Positions 1 to 9,304 of a stretch of 64,000 nt of DNA are shown one piece after another. The first letter of the stretch is position 1, and every line of letters begins with the position of its first letter. The position numbers and the translations under genes are program-made. The stretch is from sequence record MK773491.1, one strand, 5' to 3'. The notes under the pieces are model-generated. The model searched no databases. It had not been told where the DNA came from and saw only the letters and a program-made list of their open reading frames with translations.

Positions 1-1013
1 TTCCCATTGCCCTGTACTGTATATCTTGGCGTGAATGTGAGAAGACGATCTCCACCACCTCCATCCATATAACCCGCAAAATATAGTACACCATTAGTAT
101 CAGATAGGATATTCGTCCAATACGTCTGGATGGATGTCCCAAATAGTGATAATAAATTACCCGGCTTAAATGCTAATTGTGCAGTATATAACCGAACATT
201 CGCATCTACACTAATATTACCTATCCCCCACGCACCAGCATAATTTCTTCCTGAACAATAATATTTTCCGTCCGTCCTAAAAAGCATAAAATGTGTTTGA
301 CTTATACGAAATGCATTATATTCATAATCTACCTCAGACGTAGCCTCAGAAAATAATTGTGTCCATGTAGTATATACAGTACTTTGAGATGTAGTCTGCA
401 TCTGTTGATAAGTGTTATCTCCAGTACCCCAAAATGTTCCATCCAAATCCTGATATACTCCATTAATATTCGTTATCCAACAATCCTGTACTGACGATTT
501 TAATAGTACTGGCGTGAAACTAGGAGTTTTATTAGCACTACCAAAGTAACCATAATCGTTTTTTCCATGTGCATATAATGAACCATCATTCAACAAAATA
601 TAAACTGTGTTGTAATTCATTGTTATTTTCTTAATCTTTAATATATCAAAATACGTAGAATAAAATGAAGTCTTATCAACCCATGTGGCTGTATTACTAG
701 TACCATCATATATCGTCTGACGACCTGTATAAAATAATTTATCATCATTCGATAATACAAACGTTCCATATGTACTACCCCATGCAGTCTTTACATCCCT
801 CTTAACTAAATGCATCTCACCATAGTAATTTACACCAACTGGAAAACCCAAAACATATCCATAATTCTTATCACAGGTTCCCCATAACTCTCCATTATTC
901 AAATGCATCCACATCGTCGCTGCGGTATTATCCGAATCCAAAAAGAAGTCAATCACTTTTGCGGGTGCTGCTACCTTATTCCCATACTCTAATATCCTAG
1001 TAAATGGTATCAT
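1..1013 (-). CDS. Partial (runs off left edge) beta-rich repeat protein, RCC1/beta-propeller-like; N-terminus MIPFTRILEYGNKV
   Basis: ATG at 1013-1011 preceded by GGGGATAAT. Frame translated at both ends (MIPFTRILEYG...; ...LLTFTPRYTVQGNG). Not in ORF track because there is no stop in the window. MIPFxR..YGN starts recall a paralog family of GAP32/121Q-like jumbo phages (from memory). Confidence 0.7.
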   Translation of the reverse strand, partial: MIPFTRILEYGNKVAAPAKVIDFFLDSDNTAATMWMHLNNGELWGTCDKNYGYVLGFPVGVNYYGEMHLVKRDVKTAWGSTYGTFVLSNDDKLFYTGRQTIYDGTSNTATWVDKTSFYSTYFDILKIKKITMNYNTVYILLNDGSLYAHGKNDYGYFGSANKTPSFTPVLLKSSVQDCWITNINGVYQDLDGTFWGTGDNTYQQMQTTSQSTVYTTWTQLFSEATSEVDYEYNAFRISQTHFMLFRTDGKYYCSGRNYAGAWGIGNISVDANVRLYTAQLAFKPGNLLSLFGTSIQTYWTNILSDTNGVLYFAGYMDGGGGDRLLTFTPRYTVQGNG

Positions 1014-1427
1014 ATTATCCCCCTATAATTATCATTATATCATATTTACCCATATATATACCCTTTTTAATATATTAGAAAACTCTATAGTACTACCATA
1101 TATACACCATATAAACGCATAGAAAGCCATAAGAGAAGACTTCTCCAATATTATACACAGGTGTAGCTCCTGTAGATAGCGGCTCTTAGACGCTTATCGA
1201 AAGGATTCAACACCTGTAAAAATACCCAATTGTTAATATGTACAGTACTTTTACTTTTAAAATTATTCAGGAAATAGTTACACATTGAACTATATTAGTA
1301 AGTACTAATGGAAGCTACTATTCAGTACTTACCCCCTTCCGCTATATCTTCTCTGTATAAGAAGATAGAAAAGTACTAAAAAGTACTACACACCTTTTTT
1401 ACAAAGTACCATTCAACCTTTTTCCCG

Positions 1428-1516
1428 AAAGTACTCCATCCTAAATCCCAATCCTAGAAATTTTGGAGTACCCTCCAACCTCCAGCTAAAATCTCAAAAG
1501 TACTCCATCCTAAATC
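1428..1516 (+). repeat. 20-bp direct repeat AAAGTACTCCATCCTAAATC (1428-1447, 1497-1516)
   Basis: Identical copies read directly in a non-coding region. Confidence 0.9.
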
Positions 1517-1827
1517 TGAATCAACAAAATGCTGGACAACCATTCAGTACTAAATTATAATGTTATTAGTGGGAATCTACCCTCGTATATATGATGCTGT
1601 ATATAATATCAGTACTGAACGAATTAACAGTATTAGTAGATATACCAGTACTGAAAATATTTTGAAAATAGTTGTTGACACCGTGGGGAGATTTTGACAT
1701 AATACACGGCATGGGAGATGTGGTGAGTTATCATCCTGACTTCTGTATTGTTTATGAAAATAGATTGGAACAGTACTAACACGTTTATAACAACGTAACA
1801 GTACTGATATGAAGTGAAAAGTATTAC

Positions 1828-1847
1828 CCACCAGCTTAAGCTGGTGG
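1828..1847. other. Perfect 20-bp palindrome of two back-to-back Chi sites (CCACCAGC-TTAA-GCTGGTGG)
   Basis: Exact match to enterobacterial Chi GCTGGTGG on both strands. Confidence 0.9.
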
Positions 1848-2037
1848 ATGTGGTTAGAATAATAAGAAGGGGAAATCCCCAATCATACGATGAACTATAT
1901 TCAATTCTACCAGTACTGCGAATAGTTACTCCACAAGAATGAGAAGACTGTTGTAGTACTGAACTTTTTATGACGAGAAAATTTGAATAGATTTTGGGTG
2001 TACTTATCCTGTACTCTGGACGGATTAAGGGCGTGTT

Positions 2038-2140
2038 TGATTCTCATTCGCATATAAGAATGATAAACTTTCTCAACATGAGAATGGTTCTCAGTTGCAA
2101 ATAAGAATAGTTCTCAAATGAGAATAATAATGATTATCGT
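2038..2140. promoter_or_regulatory. Array of Fur-box-like hexamer repeats
   Basis: TGATTCTCATTCGCAT, ATGAGAATGGTTCTCA, ATAAGAATAGTTCTCAAATGAGAATAATAATGATTATCG resemble GATAATGATAATCATTATC. Confidence 0.55.
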
Positions 2141-2237
2141 TTTCAGTACTAGACTAATTTTTCCATTGGCTAGCCTACCGCGACGGAATATAATATTCCG
2201 GCAGTATCACGAATCAGCTTGTTTTAAATCTGCCGTT

Positions 2238-2266
2238 ATTATCTCAATATCTGGGTAGAATGTCAA
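2238..2266 (-). promoter_or_regulatory. Leftward sigma70 promoter TTGACA-17-GATAAT with no downstream ORF
   Basis: Near-consensus hexamers, 17-bp spacer. Confidence 0.65.
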
Positions 2267-2290
2267 GCTAATATTTTAAAAAATAAATGC

Positions 2291-2490
2291 TTGACACGTT
2301 GGCAGTACTTTGCTATTATATACACATAGCAAGAACAATGCTCAAGCCCACAGGGTGCGGAGGTGTATTCGTTAAAAGCTAAATGCGAATGATTATCATT
2401 TCGCTCATATGATACATTTCCGCACCCTCTAGGGTCTCCGCTTTCTCGCGTCTATGTAGTAATTATACGGTAATGCGGTTTATGCGTCAA
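2291..2490. ncRNA. Convergent promoter pair enclosing two inverted RCCC-N-GGGTGC motifs and a central Fur-like palindrome
   Basis: + TTGACA(2291)-17-TATTAT; - TTGACG(2490)-17-TATAAT; motifs 2346-2358 and 2422-2435; AATGATTATCATT 2388-2400. Confidence 0.55.
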
Positions 2491-2640
2491 GTACTTTTTT
2501 AAAGAAAATCGAAAATAATTTAGTACTATATGTATATAAGGAAGGAAAAAGAATTTTCAAAAAGTACTTGCATTCTAATTTCACCTATTGCATAATAGCT
2601 ACATCGAAACGAGATACACAAACACATTAAGGAAAACGAT

Positions 2641-2874
2641 ATGATTCGCATTGTTCGCATTAATTACTCTACCGGTGAAGCTGATAAAGTAGCGGTTATT
2701 GTATCAGAAAAGAATGATGATCATCTACACAATACGCTGATGCGTTTTGTTAGTGCGGTTGACCGTTGGGCTAGTATTGAGTACTTAGAAACGTTTAAAG
2801 TCCCTGCCGTCCAGCTTAACGGGCATGATATTAAAGCAATTTGGAATGCTGACGAAATGATCGCGAACATGTAA
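2641..2874 (+). CDS. Hypothetical early protein
   Basis: Own promoter, AAGGA RBS. Confidence 0.85.
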   Translation: MIRIVRINYSTGEADKVAVIVSEKNDDHLHNTLMRFVSAVDRWASIEYLETFKVPAVQLNGHDIKAIWNADEMIANM

Positions 2875-2965
2875 TTATTTCAAGTACTATCAAAATTTAC
2901 TTGACTTACTTTGATAGTACTTTATAATACTTACATACAAACGAAGTACTATTAAGGAAAGCATT

Positions 2966-3097
2966 ATGATCACTATCGAGAAAATCCGTTTAGCAGTAGA
3001 AGAACTGATCGCGGCTGGCTGGATTGTCGCAGAAAGTGAAGAAGAAATTAACATTGTAGTAAATGGTATGTATTCAGTTATGACAAACGTGGAGTAA
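2966..3097 (+). CDS. Small hypothetical protein (43 aa, MITIEKIRLAVEEL)
   Basis: Promoter cassette and AAGGAA RBS; below ORF-track cutoff. Confidence 0.75.
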   Translation: MITIEKIRLAVEELIAAGWIVAESEEEINIVVNGMYSVMTNVE

Positions 3098-3179
3098 GTT
3101 AGTATTAAAAGTACTTGCATTTACTTAGCGAGTACTTTATAATACTTACATACAAACGAAACACTATTAAGGAAATATC

Positions 3180-3797
3180 ATGGAAAACATCATCGACGTT
3201 ATCAAGTCTGTTTCTTATGCTGATCTGAATGAAGAACAAAAAGAAAAAGCTATTGAGATCATGCGAGAGTTAGAAAATCAAGAAATGACTCCGTTTTGGT
3301 CTGTAGATATTACTGATCAATGGAAAGAAACTTTAGACACTGAATACGGCATTACTGATGCAGTGATTTATTGGTCTGGTTTTTGTTCACAAGGTGACGG
3401 TGCATCGATTAGTACTGAATACTATATTGATATTGAGAAGTTTTTACGTAAATGTAAAGCGTGGTCAAAATTCCGTGTACTGCACAAAATTATTGACCGT
3501 GAAGAAATTCATGCTAAGATTGAACGTAGCTCAAGCCGTTACAATCATGAAAACACTGTAAGCGGTAGCGTAGAGCTTGATTATAACATTGATTGGACGG
3601 CGAAGCAGGAAAGCGAAGCTGAACGCTTAGAAGAATTTTTGACCGAAACTATTCGCGAACTTTCTTGTAAGCTGTATAAAGAACTTGATAATGAGAATGA
3701 TTATCAAAACAGCGATGATGCTCTTTGGTCTACCATTGAAGCAAATGAATATGATTTTGCTGTAAACTCAAACGGCGACGTTTTGCGTATCGCCTAA
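3180..3797 (+). CDS. Acidic phage protein with WSGFCSQGDGAS motif
   Basis: Promoter cassette, RBS; motif recalled from phage/plasmid hypothetical proteins. Confidence 0.85.
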   Translation: MENIIDVIKSVSYADLNEEQKEKAIEIMRELENQEMTPFWSVDITDQWKETLDTEYGITDAVIYWSGFCSQGDGASISTEYYIDIEKFLRKCKAWSKFRVLHKIIDREEIHAKIERSSSRYNHENTVSGSVELDYNIDWTAKQESEAERLEEFLTETIRELSCKLYKELDNENDYQNSDDALWSTIEANEYDFAVNSNGDVLRIA

Positions 3798-3902
3798 AGT
3801 ACTGACATACTGTAAAACGCTCTATAACGCATTGTAGGGCGTTTTAAGGAATAGCAGTATCATTTATCATCTTAATTAATTAAACGGCGTAGACGGCGAT
3901 TT

Positions 3903-4073
3903 ATGAGCAAACAAGATATATTGAAAGGGGATGTTTTATACTGGTTAGATCCTGATGATGGGATCTGTTCTGGATGGGTAACAGTATTAGACGTTAATAC
4001 TACAGTACTGGTAAAAGGTGCAACGGCAGAATTTGAAGTGCTACCCGAAGAACTTTATTCGCATGAAGTTTAA
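3903..4073 (+). CDS. Small hypothetical protein (56 aa)
   Basis: MSKQDILKGDVLYWLDPDDG...; ends at the next promoter cassette. Confidence 0.7.
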   Translation: MSKQDILKGDVLYWLDPDDGICSGWVTVLDVNTTVLVKGATAEFEVLPEELYSHEV

Positions 4074-4157
4074 AAAGTACTTGCAAAGTAAATCTAAAAG
4101 CGTATAATGATTTGCATAGGGGGAAACATCTTCCCCCCACTATTAAGAGAAACGATT

Positions 4158-4598
4158 ATGACTATCTACTATCTGACTTATAAAACCGCCGACAATGTAA
4201 CTGATGCTAATGTGACCGCAAACACGGTACAGGAAGCAATGGAAGTACTGAAAGCGGAACTACCTGATATTCAGATCGTTTGTGTAGTTGATACCGAAAC
4301 GAATCTTAAAACTATTATTGACCACTATGATTATTTCCGTGGGCGTAAGTTACAGGACTGGTATCATATCGAAATAGAAACACGTGAACTACCAGAAGAA
4401 CAACAGCACTTTGAGCAGGGTACTAGCATTTGGGTTACTACCGATAAACGCATATATTTCTGTTCACGCATACACGTTAACAAGCGTGTTAAAATTGGGG
4501 CAGATTCATATAGTGGACTGTTTACAAATAGTAACCTACTAAATGACAAGTACATAAAAGTTTATGAGCGTTTTGGAACTGATATTTACGCTTCATAA
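4158..4598 (+). CDS. Hypothetical early protein
   Basis: Start moved to ATG 4158 after the leader hairpin and RBS. Confidence 0.8.
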   Translation: MTIYYLTYKTADNVTDANVTANTVQEAMEVLKAELPDIQIVCVVDTETNLKTIIDHYDYFRGRKLQDWYHIEIETRELPEEQQHFEQGTSIWVTTDKRIYFCSRIHVNKRVKIGADSYSGLFTNSNLLNDKYIKVYERFGTDIYAS

Positions 4599-4602
4599 TA
4601 TC

Positions 4603-4729
4603 ACAAAGGGGAAGCAATTGCTTCCCTGTTTATTTGTACAGTACTATAATCTATAGATACAATACCGCACCCCGTGGGCTAATGTGTTTTCATGGGTATT
4701 ATTATGCCAGTACTACAAACATTTGTCAA
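4603..4729 (-). ncRNA. Candidate ~95-nt sRNA: TTGACA-17-CATAAT promoter, GCCCACGGGGTGC motif, intrinsic terminator
   Basis: Promoter 4729-4701, motif 4667-4679, bidirectional hairpin 4607-4627; near-duplicate at 13171-13297. Confidence 0.6.
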
Positions 4730-5127
4730 TCATTATTTTCAATTAATTTAAACGCACTGTAACACTGTATAAGGCGTTTTGTTATTAAGGTAAGCAAACG
4801 TATTGAGTACTATCTAAAAGGCCGTTGTGGGCTTGCTGGTGGCGTTGTGTTGTAGTATTGAAATATAAGGAAAATATAAAAAAGGCTGTCAATGATTAAA
4901 AAAGTACTTGACGGATTGATTTAGTACTGTCATAATGTATCACATAGAGCGGCGGGATGGATAAACATTCCTAAGTAGACAGCCAGTAAGTCATACGAAA
5001 GACTGGTGCCGAACTGAAAGAAAGATTGAAAAGAGTTTTAAAAAGTACTTGACAAGCTGGTGGGAAATTGAGATAATGACCCCGTAGACAGCAAACAACC
5101 TAATTAAACTTTAAGAGGAAATATACA

Positions 5128-5715
5128 ATGACTACTACTACTGAAAATGCACGTGTTACCCTGAAATCTGCACTGGAAGCTGGCGACGTTAAAACCCTTG
5201 CTGTTATCCTTGCGAAAGTTGGTCATGATAAAGACGGCGTATCTAAATTGGGCTTGACTTTCTCACTGGCGGTTAAGGAAGCGAAGGAAGTACTTAAAGA
5301 GCAAGCCAAAGCAGCAGAAGAAGCTGCACGTCAGGCAGCAGAACGCCGCGAAGCTAAAAAGGCTGCACGTCAAGCCGAAGAAGAAAAGCGTCAGGCTGAG
5401 ATCAAGGCAGAAAAAGAAAATATGCTCAAGTTCCTCATGGATACGGTTAACGGTATGGGCTTAGACCTTGAGGCGGCAGAAGCGGCAGCAGAAGCGGCAA
5501 TTGTTAAAAAGTACGGCGATGTTAACAAAGTACCTAAGTATACTTTTAACCGTGTAGCGGTGATTGTAGACGGTAAAGAATACAACATGCCAACTTCTGG
5601 GAACATGGTAGAAGTACTTAAAAATGCACTTGAAGCAAGCGGTAAATCGCGTAAAGAGTTTATCATCGAACACGCGAAAGACAAGGCAGAAGCGGAAGCG
5701 GCATTCGCTGAATAA
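5128..5715 (+). CDS. H-NS-like protein (coiled coil plus H-NS-like C-terminal domain)
   Basis: PKYTF...G..VEVLKNALEASGKSRKEFII resembles H-NS PAKYSY...[23 protein letters not shown]; Ala/Glu/Lys helical linker. Confidence 0.5.
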   Translation: MTTTTENARVTLKSALEAGDVKTLAVILAKVGHDKDGVSKLGLTFSLAVKEAKEVLKEQAKAAEEAARQAAERREAKKAARQAEEEKRQAEIKAEKENMLKFLMDTVNGMGLDLEAAEAAAEAAIVKKYGDVNKVPKYTFNRVAVIVDGKEYNMPTSGNMVEVLKNALEASGKSRKEFIIEHAKDKAEAEAAFAE

Positions 5716-5732
5716 TAACAGTACTAAACTAT

Positions 5733-5759
5733 AGGCGGCCTAAGTGGTCGCCTTTTTTT
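5733..5759 (+). terminator. Intrinsic terminator
   Basis: AGGCGGCC-TAAGT-GGTCGCC-T7. Confidence 0.85.
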
Positions 5760-5773
5760 AATTGGGGGATTAT

Positions 5774-6034
5774 ATGGCTGTAGGATTCGCGAAAGACGGG
5801 GCAGAACAAGACGAGATTTTAGCGGTCATAAACGCCGCTGTAAGCCACGCAAGGAATCAGATAGGGGATAGTACTATTACAAGTAGAACGCACTGCCTAG
5901 ACTGTTCTAGGACTATTCCTGAGCGTAGACGGGAAGTAGTAAAGGGTGTTAAGTACTGCGTAGAGTGTCAGGCTGATCATGATAGTATATTTAAAAGAGA
6001 TCCGCGTAATTGTTGGCACAGATCTATGAGATAG
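5774..6034 (+). CDS. TraR/DksA C4-type zinc finger protein (YbiI-like)
   Basis: MAVGFAKDGAEQDEI...CLDC..IPERRR...GVKYCVECQ; GGGGGA RBS before 5774. Confidence 0.9.
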   Translation: MAVGFAKDGAEQDEILAVINAAVSHARNQIGDSTITSRTHCLDCSRTIPERRREVVKGVKYCVECQADHDSIFKRDPRNCWHRSMR

Positions 6035-6115
6035 TACTTGACATACTTTCTGATTAAAGTATAATGATTTGCATAGAGGGAAACATCTTCCTTCACTAAT
6101 TAAGGAAATAGAATC

Positions 6116-6388
6116 ATGCGTACACCAATGACCCGCGAAGAAATACACACAGTACTGACAACTAACATTCAGGACTGGAAGAAATACGCAGATATTAACG
6201 AAGCTCAAGACTTGAACAATGAGCTAGATGGTGAAGATCTGGACGTAATTTGTTCCCCTGAGTTTTATGATGATATTCATTCCGATGATGATGTTTGGAA
6301 TGTACTGGAAAAGCATTTCCTCGATACTGATTTAAGTATCTACTCGCGTGATACTTTTATTTTAATTCACAACATTTATAACAAATAA
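6116..6388 (+). CDS. Hypothetical early protein
   Basis: Promoter/hairpin cassette, RBS. Confidence 0.85.
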   Translation: MRTPMTREEIHTVLTTNIQDWKKYADINEAQDLNNELDGEDLDVICSPEFYDDIHSDDDVWNVLEKHFLDTDLSIYSRDTFILIHNIYNK

Positions 6389-6467
6389 TTGTTGACTTAC
6401 TTATATAGTACTGTATAATGGTTTGCATAGGGGGAAACATCTTCCCCCATCAATTAAGGAAAAGAAA

Positions 6468-6677
6468 ATGACTCGATACACTGTAGAAGTACGTACTACT
6501 AAAAACATTGCTACTGATGTGATTCGTTATTATAAGATGGTTTGTGGTGTTGCTCGCCGTATTAGTAAAGCGGATTATGACAAGCTGGATCGCGAAGCTG
6601 ATGGTATGGATTGTTTTTATACAGTAAACACAAAAACGCATACAAAGCAATTTAAAACATTGTCTTATTACATGTAA
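6468..6677 (+). CDS. Hypothetical early protein
   Basis: Start moved to ATG 6468 after AAGGA RBS. Confidence 0.85.
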   Translation: MTRYTVEVRTTKNIATDVIRYYKMVCGVARRISKADYDKLDREADGMDCFYTVNTKTHTKQFKTLSYYM

Positions 6678-6760
6678 AAAGTTTTACTCCAGTACTTGAC
6701 AATAGATGCGAGTACTGGCATAATAACTTTATTGAAACGAAATACTATTAAGGAAATATC

Positions 6761-7150
6761 ATGGCTAATCTCATTGTTCGATTGTATGAAGATTGTTTCT
6801 ACTTTGAGTATTGTGGGAAACCTATATCCGTTAAAGAGATGATCGCATCGGGCTATATGTTATCTAAGCATGATCACACTGGATTCATGGCTGAAATGAT
6901 TGCGGCTAGTTATAAGTTTGGTGAAGAATGGGAAGCACAATATTTTCCGGCTGTCAATGCAATGATTAAGCGGTTGGCAGAACACACTGAGTTTATGGAA
7001 TTTTGGACTGTTTTAAAAATGGTTGACGTGAATCAGAATGGGGAAACGTGTCAGCCATACGCACATTTTGACGCTGGGGAAGATATTAGCACAATTTGGA
7101 AATGGTTGGAAGATAAATTTACAACAATTAAAATTGCAGATTACTTGTAA
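6761..7150 (+). CDS. Hypothetical early protein
   Basis: Promoter, RBS. Confidence 0.85.
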   Translation: MANLIVRLYEDCFYFEYCGKPISVKEMIASGYMLSKHDHTGFMAEMIAASYKFGEEWEAQYFPAVNAMIKRLAEHTEFMEFWTVLKMVDVNQNGETCQPYAHFDAGEDISTIWKWLEDKFTTIKIADYL

Positions 7151-7234
7151 AAGTACTTGCATTACTATCTGAAAAGCGTATAATGGTTTGCATAGGGGGA
7201 AACATCTTCCCCCACTAATTAAGAGAAGAATATC

Positions 7235-7615
7235 ATGGCTAATCAAATCACTCCAGCACAGACCTTCAATAAATTCAGTACTGAAATCGTATTGAAAGAG
7301 TATGTGCCAGATTATGGTTGGACTGATGCATGTGTATGCACTGATGTAGCAGATGCAAAGCAACGCATTAAAGATTATCGTGCGGAGGGTTTACAGGTTA
7401 AAACTGCCCGTCGCCGTGTACTTAACAAAGATGCTTTCTTATGTCAAGCTCTTTTAAACTTCTGCCGTGACTACTATCGCCGTACTGGTGGATTATGGCC
7501 TAATGAGGTTGAAGTACTGAAATCTAACGGTAAAGTAAAATTTACCTTGACTTTAAAAGAAATTGAGGAAGTACTTGGTGATGATTGTTTTTTAGTAACT
7601 TCACAGCCAGCATAA
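7235..7615 (+). CDS. Hypothetical early protein
   Basis: Promoter/hairpin cassette, RBS. Confidence 0.85.
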   Translation: MANQITPAQTFNKFSTEIVLKEYVPDYGWTDACVCTDVADAKQRIKDYRAEGLQVKTARRRVLNKDAFLCQALLNFCRDYYRRTGGLWPNEVEVLKSNGKVKFTLTLKEIEEVLGDDCFLVTSQPA

Positions 7616-7684
7616 AAAAGTACTTGACACATAACGGGGATATGATACAATATCCCCATATTGAAAAGTAATGGAAGTACTGAA

Positions 7685-7876
7685 ATGAATTATCAAAAGG
7701 TTAGCAAGCGAGTAGTTGAACTCTCTAAGAAAGCACGTAAAGAGTATACCTTAGAACGTTCAATTAACAACTATCATTTAAAGCAAGGTGATAAGTTTAT
7801 TGTTATTGACGAACCTTTGGAAATCGTGTATATTGTAGTTAATGCGATGATTCGTGATAAAACGAGGATTAAGTAA
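7685..7876 (+). CDS. Hypothetical early protein
   Basis: Promoter TTGACA 7624; ATG start. Confidence 0.7.
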   Translation: MNYQKVSKRVVELSKKARKEYTLERSINNYHLKQGDKFIVIDEPLEIVYIVVNAMIRDKTRIK

Positions 7877-8131
7877 ATGCGTACATTAGACCAACTTATT
7901 GACCCTAATACGTCAGCACGTCGATCAATGGTTACTATCGGCGGTAATGGTAAACAACACTGGAGTGGTTACATTTGCTTTATTGTTGGTGGAAAAATGT
8001 ATGAGCGGGTAGTATATCACAAAGAGATTAATTATATACTATTCCGTAAAGAAGTCATAGCAGTCGATCCTACCGCCCTAAAACCGATTGCAGGGGCATG
8101 GAACAAAGAATCGCTGTACCTTACAGCTTAA
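7877..8131 (+). CDS. Hypothetical protein
   Basis: GAGGA RBS; abuts the upstream stop. Confidence 0.8.
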   Translation: MRTLDQLIDPNTSARRSMVTIGGNGKQHWSGYICFIVGGKMYERVVYHKEINYILFRKEVIAVDPTALKPIAGAWNKESLYLTA

Positions 8132-8180
8132 CCAATAAAAGGCCGCTACGTGCGGCCTATCGCGTTCTAGAGGGTATATT

Positions 8181-8363
8181 ATGAATACTGTACAAGTACT
8201 AGATGAGATTGAAAAAATTGTTGACAGTACTAACAAACGTGATATACTGTTATCAAGAAATGAGGCTAACCAGTACGAAAAGAATTGCGTACAATCGGTA
8301 AAAGGGGGCATCTTTGAATCGTTACACACAGCCATACTTCAAGGGAATCACAACTGTTCCTGA
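8181..8363 (+). CDS. Hypothetical protein
   Basis: GAGGG RBS. Confidence 0.65.
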   Translation: MNTVQVLDEIEKIVDSTNKRDILLSRNEANQYEKNCVQSVKGGIFESLHTAILQGNHNCS

Positions 8364-8567
8364 GCGTAAAAAGAAACTACGCACAGCACCGAAACGAAAG
8401 CGTAAAGTACTTAAACTTAAACCAACGTATGGTTGGGGATTGTCGTGGGATGAAATCAATCACGGCCTATCATGGAATCAATTATATGTTATTGGCTCAA
8501 GTGTTGGTCGCTTTCATTTTAGTACTATATCACGACACGAAACACGTGTAAACCCATATAAAAGTAC

Positions 8568-8752
8568 TTGACATGCATCCGGCTTAGTGAGATAATACTT
8601 ACAAGCCGGAGAAATGGCGTGACCCAGCGGGTGCGAAGAAGTAATAAGTACTTGAGAATGATAATCATTTACGATACTAGACAGATTTATGCACCCGATG
8701 GGTTAGATTGTTTTCATGTGTATATAATATCAAAGTACTATTATAGTGTCAA
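8568..8752. ncRNA. Second convergent promoter pair with inverted ACCC-N3-GGGTGC motifs and a central Fur-like box
   Basis: + TTGACA(8568)-17-GATAAT; - TTGACA(8752)-17-TATTAT; motifs 8622-8634 and 8691-8704; TGAGAATGATAATCATTT 8653-8670. Confidence 0.6.
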
Positions 8753-8844
8753 GCATTTTTATTTGATAATTATTTTAAAAAAGTCTTGCATTACTTTCTG
8801 AATAACGTATAATACTTACATCAACCACTAAGAGGAAAGAAACA

Positions 8845-9216
8845 ATGTCTATTAAGCGTATTGTATTTGGTCGCGGTGCAAGTGAAGAAGTAGTACCTGT
8901 TGAACTGATCGCGATGTTAAATGAAATGATTCGCCGTGGTGATATTAATTTTAGTCCTGATGTAATGCCTTATGCGATTTCGTATGAGGTGCGGAAAACT
9001 CCGAAGTACTGGAAGATTGACCGTGTGGAACTGGACAAAGAAACTGGTGCGATTCGCGAGTTTGGGCGTAGTTCTGTTGGTGCTGTAGACTTTGAAGGAA
9101 ACGTGTTTAAGTCTGCAAGTTATAAAGCAGTTGCAAAGGGTATCCGTGGAAACATCTTTGTTCACAATGGTTTTAGTGCAATTACTGGTGATGGATATAT
9201 TCGTTATTTAAATTAA
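8845..9216 (+). CDS. Conserved phage hypothetical protein (VFKSASYKAVAKGIRGNI)
   Basis: Promoter, GAGGA RBS. Confidence 0.85.
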   Translation: MSIKRIVFGRGASEEVVPVELIAMLNEMIRRGDINFSPDVMPYAISYEVRKTPKYWKIDRVELDKETGAIREFGRSSVGAVDFEGNVFKSASYKAVAKGIRGNIFVHNGFSAITGDGYIRYLN

Positions 9217-9304
9217 AAAGTACTTGCAAAGTAATCTGATTGGCGTATAATGTTTTACATAGAGAGGGGGAAATAGTTTCCCCTCCAAATTAAGGAAAAG
9301 TATC

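Noticed and set aside
1151-1159. DnaA box TTATACACA
   Set aside because: A single copy in AT-rich DNA is expected by chance
1577-1882. 101-aa minus-strand ORF in the track
   Set aside because: No convincing RBS, composition unlike real genes, and it lies in repeat/Chi-rich non-coding DNA
8314-8571. 85-aa basic ORF with TTG start
   Set aside because: Weak start and overlap with the preceding gene; it may be real but cannot be supported
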